From NCBI GenBank assembly GCA_937876465.1, contig CALEHV010000019.1, forward strand, positions 24,077 through 88,076: DNA of 64,000 bases, in the 5' to 3' direction. How positions within the stretch are numbered: position 1 is the first letter of the stretch; each line of letters begins with the position of its first letter. The DNA comes from an uncultured Bacillota bacterium (GTDB lineage Bacteria > Bacillota_I > Bacilli_A > RFN20 > CAG-826). Positions 28,899 through 36,850 of the stretch are shown here, piece after piece. Below the pieces are notes generated by a model. It saw only the letters and a list, made by a program, of their open reading frames with translations. It made no database searches and was not told the origin of the DNA. The position numbers and the translations under genes are program-made.

Positions 28899-29769
28899 AG
28901 AAGCAATAGAATTATATTTTCAATATTTAAGAGTTGAAAAAGGTGTAAGTAACGACACGATTAAATCATATTTATATGATTTGAATGAATTTTTCAAATC
29001 TTTTCCAGGCAAAGAAAGTACAGGAGATATTTTGCCTACCGATATTGCTGATTTTATAAAACTTCAAAATAAGAAGATGCTCGCAATTTCTACAATTGTT
29101 AGACGCATATCCTCAACTAAAAATTTCTACTTGTTCCTAGAAAGAGAAGGCTACATCAACACACCTATGGTAGATTTTGAAACTCCTATAGGAATAAAAA
29201 CACTCCCTAGATGCATTTCGGTTGAAGAAGTTGAAAATCTTTTGAATACGCCAGATATAGAAAAACCTGAAGGCCTAAGAGATAAAGCCATGCTTGAACT
29301 TATGTATTCAACTGGTTTAAGAGTCAGTGAATTGCTTTCTTTGAAAGTTTCACAGATTAATACAGAGATTGGAATTATTAAAATTGTTGGAAAAGGCGGA
29401 AAAGAAAGAAAAGTTCCAATTGGAGACTTTGCACTAGAATTTGTTAGTAAATATATTTCAGAAGGCAGACCGTCCTTAAAACCAAAAAGAAGTGAAATTT
29501 TGTTTTTAAATAGATACGGAAAACAGTTATCAAGGCAATACTTCTTTTTACAAGTTAAAAAATATGCCTTAAAAGCCAATATTAGAACAGAAATTTCACC
29601 TCACACTTTAAGACACTGCTTTGCAACTCATATGTTAGAAAATGGTGCAGAATTAAGAGCAGTTCAACAAATGTTAGGACACACAAATATATCGACTACA
29701 CAAATTTACACGAACATATCCACGTCACGTATTCTGAGTGCGTATGATTTGTATGGCAAGAGAAAATAG
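28888..29769 (+). CDS. xerD: Tyrosine recombinase XerD-like
   Basis: R..H..R..Y catalytic tetrad context (HTLRHCFATHML...GHTNISTTQIY). xerD-deoB adjacency matches B. subtilis ripX-drm. Confidence 0.8.
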   Translation: MEIREAIELYFQYLRVEKGVSNDTIKSYLYDLNEFFKSFPGKESTGDILPTDIADFIKLQNKKMLAISTIVRRISSTKNFYLFLEREGYINTPMVDFETPIGIKTLPRCISVEEVENLLNTPDIEKPEGLRDKAMLELMYSTGLRVSELLSLKVSQINTEIGIIKIVGKGGKERKVPIGDFALEFVSKYISEGRPSLKPKRSEILFLNRYGKQLSRQYFFLQVKKYALKANIRTEISPHTLRHCFATHMLENGAELRAVQQMLGHTNISTTQIYTNISTSRILSAYDLYGKRK

Positions 29770-29810
29770 TGATAATATAATTATCGGTTAAAAGTAAGGG
29801 AGACTATTCA

Positions 29811-31007
29811 ATGAAAAAATTCAAAAGAATATTCGTAATCGTAACAGATTCGTTAGGTATTGGTGCAATGCCAGATGCTGAAAAATTCGGTGACGCAGGC
29901 ACAAATACATTTGTCCATATTTCTGAAAAATGTGCTGGATTAAATATTCCAACATTAAACTCTATGGGCGTTGGAGATTTAGCAAACATTGTTGGAACAA
30001 CAAAAGTTTCACATCCAAACGCTTACTGCATGACTATGAGAGAGGCAAGCAATGGTAAAGATACTATGACTGGCCACTGGGAAATGATGGGCATCCATAC
30101 AACAAAACCTTTCCAAACATTTACTGATATAGGTTTCCCAAAATCATTAATAGATGAACTTGAAGCAAAAACTGGCCATAAAGTTATTGGCAATAAATCT
30201 GCTTCAGGTACAGAAATTCTAAAAGAATTAGGCGAAGAACAAATGAGAGATAATTCTCTTATTGTTTATACAAGCGCTGACTCAGTTCTTCAAATTGCAG
30301 CTCACGAAGGTGTTACTGGTGTTCCAGAATTATACCGTTGCTGTGAAATTGCAAGAGAGATTTGCATGAAGCCAGAATACTTCGTTGGTCGTATTATTGC
30401 TCGTCCATACGTTGGTACATGCGCTGCAGATTTCAAACGCACACCTAATAGACACGACCTTGCATGTTCCCCTAGTGGAACAACTGTTATGAACATTCTC
30501 CAAGATAACCATTTTATGGTTAGTTGTGTTGGTAAGATTGGAGATATCTTTAACGGTGTTGGGGTAGTCAAAACACAAAAAACAGTTAGCAACCTCGATG
30601 GAATGGAAAAGACAATCAAAGAGGCTAAGAGTCATGACTTCGAAGGGCTTTGTTATGTCAATTTAGTTGAATTTGATTCTGAATACGGACACAGAAGAAA
30701 TCCATTAGGATACGGAAAGTGCATCGAAGAATTTGATGTTAAACTTGGTGAGTTGTTAAATGTGATTAACGATGATGACCTAGTCATGGTTACAGCTGAT
30801 CACGGAAACGATCCAACACATACAGGCACTGACCATACACGTGAAAGAGTTCCTTTACTCGTTTATTCAAAGGCCTTTAAGAATGGTAGAAAATTAGAAG
30901 AAAGATCAACTTTCGCCGATATTGGTGGAACAATCCTCAAGAATTTTGGTTTAAAGAAGACTGCAAACGAAATCGGCGAACCAATCGAGGAATTGTTAAA
31001 TGACTAA
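29811..31007 (+). CDS. deoB: Phosphopentomutase
   Basis: Metalloenzyme-superfamily motifs, 398 aa, AAGGGAG RBS. Confidence 0.9.
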   Translation: MKKFKRIFVIVTDSLGIGAMPDAEKFGDAGTNTFVHISEKCAGLNIPTLNSMGVGDLANIVGTTKVSHPNAYCMTMREASNGKDTMTGHWEMMGIHTTKPFQTFTDIGFPKSLIDELEAKTGHKVIGNKSASGTEILKELGEEQMRDNSLIVYTSADSVLQIAAHEGVTGVPELYRCCEIAREICMKPEYFVGRIIARPYVGTCAADFKRTPNRHDLACSPSGTTVMNILQDNHFMVSCVGKIGDIFNGVGVVKTQKTVSNLDGMEKTIKEAKSHDFEGLCYVNLVEFDSEYGHRRNPLGYGKCIEEFDVKLGELLNVINDDDLVMVTADHGNDPTHTGTDHTRERVPLLVYSKAFKNGRKLEERSTFADIGGTILKNFGLKKTANEIGEPIEELLND

Positions 31008-31974
31008 AAAAATTATATTCTTACCTTTAATTGCATTATCATTAATCGGCTGTGACAATCATGTTGCAACTGATGATTTAAGGATTATTTGCCCAACTGG
31101 TGCTCCAGCTTTGGCGTTTTATGATTTAGGCAACAACAACAACTTTGATACAAATTCAGTCCCAACAAGTGTTTTAGCGCAACTTCAAAAGAATGAATAT
31201 GACATGGTTGTATTTGATTCAATTAACGGCTTAAAGAGTATTAAAAGTAAATCTGCTAACTATAAGTTAGCTAAAGTAATTACTGCAGGAAATTTTTACC
31301 TTGTCAGTATAGGAAAAGAAAAAGATAGTTCAGGAAATTATCCAATGCCTACTACAGGAGACAAAGTTGTCTCTTTCGGTCAAGGATTAATTCCTGATGT
31401 AGTTTATAATAAACTATGCACTGACTATTGGCATATAGATCCAACTGCAAGTTATGTAACTAGTGTTCAAGATGCATTAGCAGTTTTAATAAGCGGAAAG
31501 TATAGCGGTGGCAACGTTGATTATGTTTTTATAGCAGAACCAGCTTTAACTACTGCAATGAATAAAACTGATGCAGCTACCTATGGTAAAGTTGGGATTG
31601 TTAAAAATATTAGAGCAGAATGGGAAGCATATTCTGGTCAAAAGGGATTAGCCCAAGCTGCAATTTTTGTTAACAACGATTCTATAGCTAACAAGCACGA
31701 TAAACTCGTTCAATTTTTAAACGAGACCGATATACGCTTAAGAACTGCACAAACAGAAGTTAATGTTGCAGTAGAAAAGCTAAACGCGTTTGGAACATTA
31801 GAAGAACAAGCTAGTAGATTTGGATTCAATTCGAATACTGTTTCTTTGGTTCAAGCAAATGGCAAAAATGGTTTTGGCTTAGTTTGCCCTTTCTGTGAAT
31901 CGATTGATGTTAATGCATTCCTAACAAAGTTAGGTCAACCTACATTTGAAGAAACTTATTTTGCTAATTTATGA
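31000..31974 (+). CDS. ABC transporter substrate-binding lipoprotein (NMT1/SsuA/ThiY-like)
   Basis: LIGC lipobox and periplasmic-binding-protein-like architecture. Translationally coupled to the downstream permease. Confidence 0.6.
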   Translation: MTKKIIFLPLIALSLIGCDNHVATDDLRIICPTGAPALAFYDLGNNNNFDTNSVPTSVLAQLQKNEYDMVVFDSINGLKSIKSKSANYKLAKVITAGNFYLVSIGKEKDSSGNYPMPTTGDKVVSFGQGLIPDVVYNKLCTDYWHIDPTASYVTSVQDALAVLISGKYSGGNVDYVFIAEPALTTAMNKTDAATYGKVGIVKNIRAEWEAYSGQKGLAQAAIFVNNDSIANKHDKLVQFLNETDIRLRTAQTEVNVAVEKLNAFGTLEEQASRFGFNSNTVSLVQANGKNGFGLVCPFCESIDVNAFLTKLGQPTFEETYFANL

Positions 31975-32762
31975 AAAAGATTAAAGAATTGTACAATCGA
32001 TTTAAAATTCCTTTTTGGACTGTTATCGGTGTCGGAGCAGTCTTTTTTCTTTGGTGGTTCATTTCGTTTTTAACGAAAACTACTTTATTTCCAGGACCTC
32101 AAGTTGTTATTCCCAAATTCTTCGAAGTGTTAGGAGAACAACAAACATATAGTGCAATTGGTGGAACATTGTTGCGTTTAGTGATTGCAATGGCTATTGG
32201 TTTTACTCTCGGTGTTATATTTGGCATTATCGGTGGATTGTGCAAAGAATTTAGAGCATTCATGAGACCTATTGTTATTGTGTTCAGAACAATACCAACT
32301 GCTGCAGTTATATTTGTCATTATAGCTTTGCTAAAGCCTATATTTGCACCTGTTATTATTGTGTTTTTGATGGTCTTCCCTATGATGTATGATTCCGTAG
32401 TTACCGGTATTACAAATGTTGATCAATCTGTAACCGAAGCAATGAAAGTTGATGGAACACCTTTGTTAAAGCAAATTTTCAAAGTCTATTTACCTCTATC
32501 TTGGAGTTATATCCTTTTAGGATTAGTTTCTGCTTTTGGACTAGGAATGAAGATTTCTATCATGGCAGAAGTAATTGCCGGAAGTGACTCTGCTGAAGGA
32601 TTAGGCAAATTAATACGAAATGCAGCCAATATAGCCGATATGGACTATGTCCTTGCATATTCGCTAATAGCGATTGCTTTGATTGGCCTAATTGATATTG
32701 CAATATACTTCGTCAAACGAAGAATTAAGAAACAAACAACAAAAAAACAACGTGCCATTTAA
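31971..32762 (+). CDS. ABC transporter permease (SsuC/TauC/ThiX-like)
   Basis: 6 TM helices with EAA-like loop (EAMKVDGTPLLKQIFKVYLP). No adjacent ATPase gene. Confidence 0.75.
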   Translation: MKKIKELYNRFKIPFWTVIGVGAVFFLWWFISFLTKTTLFPGPQVVIPKFFEVLGEQQTYSAIGGTLLRLVIAMAIGFTLGVIFGIIGGLCKEFRAFMRPIVIVFRTIPTAAVIFVIIALLKPIFAPVIIVFLMVFPMMYDSVVTGITNVDQSVTEAMKVDGTPLLKQIFKVYLPLSWSYILLGLVSAFGLGMKISIMAEVIAGSDSAEGLGKLIRNAANIADMDYVLAYSLIAIALIGLIDIAIYFVKRRIKKQTTKKQRAI

Positions 32763-32779
32763 TATCAACATGTTGTTTT

Positions 32780-33295
32780 TTATTCCTCGTCTTCCAAAAT
32801 AGGCATATAATCTGGTATTTTTGGTTTTGTTAAATAATAGCCCCTAAGGTTCCAAACATAATCTAAAAAGCCGTATACAATCGAAATTGCGATAAGAATA
32901 TAGTTGAGTGTACATAATCCAGTTATCAAAAAGAGCAAAGAAGCCAAAATCGACATTGGCGCGGGCACAACCAACTTGCTAAATTGATACCTAGTCTCAT
33001 ATCCGTGCATCCAGAAAAGGGTCCAGAGTATAAAAATCAAGCACGCAATACATAATCCTACTACGATCCAGCCTACAAAAATGCCTATGTAGAAGAAATC
33101 ATAAGAGTAAATAAAACCAAAAGCACAAGCTGCAGACCCAAGTAGTCCCTGTGAAATAAAATCGATTAAATATTTGCCTTCAAAAAGTTGTGCTGGATGA
33201 CGTTTTTTATTAGTGAAAACGAAATACAAATAACGTGGTGCAAACGCCAAGACTAATACGACTAAAACTAAAATATTTGTATCGTTAATTACCAT
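32780..33295 (-). CDS. Hypothetical membrane protein
   Basis: Four to five TM helices. Start ambiguous: 33304 or 33295. TATAAT sits 7 nt upstream of the second ATG, consistent with a leaderless transcript. Confidence 0.5.
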   Translation of the reverse strand: MVINDTNILVLVVLVLAFAPRYLYFVFTNKKRHPAQLFEGKYLIDFISQGLLGSAACAFGFIYSYDFFYIGIFVGWIVVGLCIACLIFILWTLFWMHGYETRYQFSKLVVPAPMSILASLLFLITGLCTLNYILIAISIVYGFLDYVWNLRGYYLTKPKIPDYMPILEDEE

Positions 33296-33367
33296 ACTTT
33301 TCATTATATATCTTTAACCATGATTAATAGGTAACAAATGTAAAAAGATGTGTGGTGTGGTGGACGA

Positions 33368-33387
33368 AATTAGTAGTTTTTTAGTAG
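33368..33387. repeat. TAGTAG units at 11 bp period (2 units) in a long non-coding gap
   Basis: AATTAGTAGTTTTTTAGTAG is identical over 19 nt to 25708-25726. Confidence 0.5.
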
Positions 33388-33580
33388 TTTTCAAAAGTGG
33401 AGATATCCACAATTGGCAGTCACTGGGGATAATTTTTCAGTGTTGTTTTAATGAGTTTTTGTCTTATATTTTCATTTTTAATACTTTGTATTAGTTTATT
33501 TTGGTTAACATAATAGTGATTATACGAAGTAATGCATATTTTATAAAAACTATGAAAATTGCCTTTTGAACTAATTTAAA

Positions 33581-33610
33581 GAAAAAAAACTCGCAATCAC
33601 GCGAGTCTTT
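33581..33610 (-). terminator. Terminator downstream of rsfS (minus strand)
   Basis: ACTCGC-AATCAC-GCGAGT hairpin flanked by an A8 run, which reads as a T-run on the minus strand. Confidence 0.55.
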
Positions 33611-33625
33611 ATTCTTACAATTTGT

Positions 33626-33949
33626 CTATCTTGAGAGTAATTTATCAAGGCTTATACGTTCACGTTCTTCCTTGGTAAATAAATTGACAATTATATGATG
33701 AGCATCTATCAAAATCCAACCAGTTTCTGGCTTGCCTTCAATATGTCCAATCTCAATTTTGTTTTTCTCAAATTCGTCAGCAATATATTCTTTCAAAGCA
33801 TTGAGTTGACGAGTGTTTCCGGCTGTTGCTAAAACATAATAATCTGCAAAAGGCGTTCTCTCACGGACATCAACGGTCATAATATCTTCTGCTTTATGTT
33901 CGTTAAGTACTTTTTCTGCTAATGCAACTGCTTTATCTTTTCTTGGCAT
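33626..33949 (-). CDS. rsfS: Ribosomal silencing factor RsfS (Iojap)
   Basis: 107 aa with conserved DYYVLATAGNTRQ. Confidence 0.9.
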   Translation of the reverse strand: MPRKDKAVALAEKVLNEHKAEDIMTVDVRERTPFADYYVLATAGNTRQLNALKEYIADEFEKNKIEIGHIEGKPETGWILIDAHHIIVNLFTKEERERISLDKLLSR

Positions 33950-33950
33950 A

Positions 33951-35057
33951 TTATTTTTCTCCTGGAATATACATATCGAAGCAAGCCTTAGTTAGCTTGT
34001 TCTCATAATCTTTGTTGTGTGACTTAAGGTATTTCTTGTTATCAATCAATGTATCAATGAATCCTTGCTTATAATTCTTTAGACAAGAATTGATTAACCA
34101 TGTTGAATCAAATCCTCTAGTAGGCTCGATTTTATCGCTAGCATAGACAATCATCGCTACTTTTGACATATTCTTGTCTCCTGTGCAATGGCACTTAATA
34201 GCTTCTAAAATGTCTGGATCCTTAATCCCGAATTCAGTCCTAGCGAGATATTCTCCAACAAATTGATGATATGAGAATGATGGTAGGTCTAAATGTTCAG
34301 GATAATGCTTTTTCATGAACTCTTGCACCGTTTCATCACCAGTTTTATATGTTTTGCCTAAGTCATGGAACAAACCGGCGAAGAAATACTTTTCAAGATG
34401 ATCTAATTTATTTGCTTTAGCAATTCTTAATGCTAAGTTAGCCACTTCAATCGAGTGATTTAATCTTGCTTCAGGCAGATACTTTGATAATTTTCCGACA
34501 AAGTATAATCTTTCCTTTTCTATATAGAAAAGGACTTCGCTCGGAATATCAATGCTTTCACAAGCGCGCACCATACTTGAAGAAACATCACCGCTTTCTA
34601 AGTAAGTTAAATCTTGCATGTTATAAGTTTTAATAACTTGTTTATTTAATTCATATCTAGGTCTAGATACAAATACTATTTGTGCAATCTGCGATAATTC
34701 TTCAGCATTTTTCCATTCTGGGAATTTATTAACCTGATCTGCACCAATTACAAAGTAAAGTTTATCCTTTGGATGCTTCTTTTTAAAAGCACGAACTGTA
34801 TCAATCGAATAATTGATATCGTCTTTGCTATTAAGTTCAAATGTATTTATTGTTGATCCTGCAGCAGCTTTCTTTAAAGCAATCTTTAACATATCTACTC
34901 TATGTTTTGAGGTTGTTAAAGGTGTTTTCCATCTAGGAGAACGAGCCGGAATAAAAACTATATCTGCATTCAGCTTCAAAGAAGCTGCAATTGCGATACG
35001 AATATGTCCATTATGGACAGGATCGAATGTTCCGCCAAACAAAATGTAATTAGCCAT
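33951..35057 (-). CDS. nadD: Fused nicotinate-nucleotide adenylyltransferase NadD and HD phosphohydrolase YqeK
   Basis: N-terminal GGTFDPVHNGH (HxGH nucleotidyltransferase motif) and C-terminal HD domain (HSIEVA...LFHDLGK) in one 368-aa ORF. Confidence 0.85.
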   Translation of the reverse strand: MANYILFGGTFDPVHNGHIRIAIAASLKLNADIVFIPARSPRWKTPLTTSKHRVDMLKIALKKAAAGSTINTFELNSKDDINYSIDTVRAFKKKHPKDKLYFVIGADQVNKFPEWKNAEELSQIAQIVFVSRPRYELNKQVIKTYNMQDLTYLESGDVSSSMVRACESIDIPSEVLFYIEKERLYFVGKLSKYLPEARLNHSIEVANLALRIAKANKLDHLEKYFFAGLFHDLGKTYKTGDETVQEFMKKHYPEHLDLPSFSYHQFVGEYLARTEFGIKDPDILEAIKCHCTGDKNMSKVAMIVYASDKIEPTRGFDSTWLINSCLKNYKQGFIDTLIDNKKYLKSHNKDYENKLTKACFDMYIPGEK

Positions 35058-35058
35058 T

Positions 35059-36219
35059 TTATTTCTTTCTTAAAAGTTTAGGTCTTGAGTGGTAAATTGA
35101 TACGCCCTTTGGGACATAAATTCTAATGGTTTGTTTACAGGCCATAAAATTAATCCAACCAAGTCCAAGAATACCAATATCACGGTAATTTGATTCAGTA
35201 ACATTTAATTCAAAGACATCTAAGTCTTTAATTGTTTGAATTGCAGGTAAAGATGGTTGAAGTGATTTCTTGTTAACTAATTTGACAAATTTCTCATCTG
35301 CAGATTTTCCTGGAATCAAAATATGTTTTAATTGAATTTTGTCACAGAAATAACAATTGAATTGAGTTGATTTTCCTTTAACAAGTTCAATGAATGCTAA
35401 ACCACCAATGTATAGGCACTCTTTCTTTGAAAGAGTTATATGTCTTTCTTTAACAGGATCCAAAGTATAAACTTTGCGCATTGTATCTCTGTCTAAATTA
35501 TAAAGAATAGAATTGTCTAAACTAAATCCAGGAACATCGTACATTGCTGTCTTTTTATTTAATGGGATTTGAAGTAATTCAAGTTCTGTTCCAGGATATG
35601 GAGCAGTAACAATATTTCCTTTGGAAAGATTTGAGAAAACCTTTAAGAATGATGAAATTAAAGTTTTCTTACCAGACATTGCTGAACCAATGATGAATAC
35701 ATCATGTCCAGCTTTTCTTTCGTATATTGAAGTGATAACTTCAGTTGAAATTTTTTCATCATAAGCATTTGAAATCGAAACGTCTTCAGCTTTAATTTGA
35801 GTTAAACCTGCAGCTCTAAATCTGTGCGCAACATATTCTTTAATTTCTTCTTTTGAAGTTCCTTTTGGCATTAAGTCGAACTTATTTGCAACAATAAGGA
35901 TCTTCATTCCTTCAATGTTTTCTAAAATTTGATGATTAAAGGCTGCTTCAAACGAGAAAAGATTAATAACATATACAATTAATGCCTTTTTAGCTTTTGC
36001 ATCTTTTAAAAGCTTAATATAGTCGTCGGAAAGGATTGGTTCATTTGGTCTGGCTTTATAACGTTCTAGTTCAAAACATTTGTCACAAAACAAAAAGTTT
36101 TGTGAAGGATTTTCTAATGTTTCCTTTTTTGTGTATCCTTCTTTTTTAGGATCGCTACTTTGTAAAATAGCACCACAGTTATAACATCTTCTAATTTTAC
36201 TAATTTCTGCCATGTTCAA
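35059..36219 (-). CDS. yqeH: Ribosome biogenesis GTPase YqeH
   Basis: N-terminal zinc ribbon (CYNCGA...CDKC) and circularly permuted GTPase (NKFD...GSAMSGKKT). Confidence 0.85.
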   Translation of the reverse strand: MNMAEISKIRRCYNCGAILQSSDPKKEGYTKKETLENPSQNFLFCDKCFELERYKARPNEPILSDDYIKLLKDAKAKKALIVYVINLFSFEAAFNHQILENIEGMKILIVANKFDLMPKGTSKEEIKEYVAHRFRAAGLTQIKAEDVSISNAYDEKISTEVITSIYERKAGHDVFIIGSAMSGKKTLISSFLKVFSNLSKGNIVTAPYPGTELELLQIPLNKKTAMYDVPGFSLDNSILYNLDRDTMRKVYTLDPVKERHITLSKKECLYIGGLAFIELVKGKSTQFNCYFCDKIQLKHILIPGKSADEKFVKLVNKKSLQPSLPAIQTIKDLDVFELNVTESNYRDIGILGLGWINFMACKQTIRIYVPKGVSIYHSRPKLLRKK

Positions 36220-36736
36220 TTTCCTTCCAATCTTTTAAAAGATTCTTTTTAATTAATTTTTTCTTAACTGGTCTTTCGAAGATTCTATTGAATCTTGTAG
36301 TTGGTTGATCTTCTTTAACCAGTTTTTCAGTATAAATTGACTTAATATGTGCTCGATTAGCAGCAGCAATATCAGTCATCAACTGATCCCCAACTAGAAT
36401 AACTTCATTTTTTGAAATCTTATGAGTTTTAAGAAATTTGTTTATTCCAAAAGCAAATGGCTTACCAACAGAGTTAACAAATCCAACTCCCAAAAGGTTT
36501 GCATAATAGCTGACTCGTTTACCAGTATTATTCGAAAGAATAAGCATTTTAATGCCAGCAAGTTCAAGCTTCTCTTTTAGAGAAAAAGCTTTTTCGGTTG
36601 GCTCTTTTTGAAGGTACGAATCTAACGTATTATCGAGGTCTACGAGGATGTATTTTACATTTTCATTAATGAAAAAGTTAATATCAACATCATAGATGCT
36701 TTTAGCATGAGCATAAGGAATATACAGCTTTCCCAT
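36200..36736 (-). CDS. yqeG: HAD-IIIA phosphatase YqeG
   Basis: DLDNTL motif and GDQLMTD. Start set at MGKLY, 6 nt after TATAAT. The track ORF extends to 36790. Confidence 0.75.
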   Translation of the reverse strand: MGKLYIPYAHAKSIYDVDINFFINENVKYILVDLDNTLDSYLQKEPTEKAFSLKEKLELAGIKMLILSNNTGKRVSYYANLLGVGFVNSVGKPFAFGINKFLKTHKISKNEVILVGDQLMTDIAAANRAHIKSIYTEKLVKEDQPTTRFNRIFERPVKKKLIKKNLLKDWKEIEHGRN

Positions 36737-36818
36737 ATTTTTATTATAGATGAAAATTAACAAAAGAATAATCTTTTGATAAAAAATCATATAAATACAT
36801 GCGTGAAAAGCATAAAAA

Positions 36819-36846
36819 AATGCAGATTTTAACCTGCATTTTTTAA
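36819..36846. terminator. Terminator downstream of parC
   Basis: ATGCAG-ATTTTAACC-CTGCAT hairpin with A-run before and T-run after. Confidence 0.5.
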
Positions 36847-36850
36847 ATTT

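Noticed and set aside
28888-29769. Tyrosine recombinase as a marker of an integrated mobile element
   Set aside because: The sequence has full XerD-type N- and C-terminal signatures and sits in the conserved xerD-deoB housekeeping arrangement. There are no flanking repeats, phage genes or att-like sites.
32741-32779. AT-rich palindrome CAACATGTTG between the convergent ABC permease and membrane-protein genes
   Set aside because: It could be a weak bidirectional terminator. The stem is A/T-only with no proper loop, so I left it out of the feature calls.
33403-33411. DnaA-box-like 9-mer ATATCCACA, raising the possibility of a replication origin
   Set aside because: It is a single box with no cluster of additional boxes, no adjacent dnaA/dnaN, and sits inside a short hairpin. 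It is insufficient for an oriC.
33349-33495. 48-codon ATG frame (MCGVVDEISSFLVV...) running through the TAGTAG repeats
   Set aside because: It has no Shine-Dalgarno or leaderless -10 in the right place. The repeat also occurs in clearly non-coding contexts at two other loci, which points to a nucleic-acid-level element rather than a peptide.
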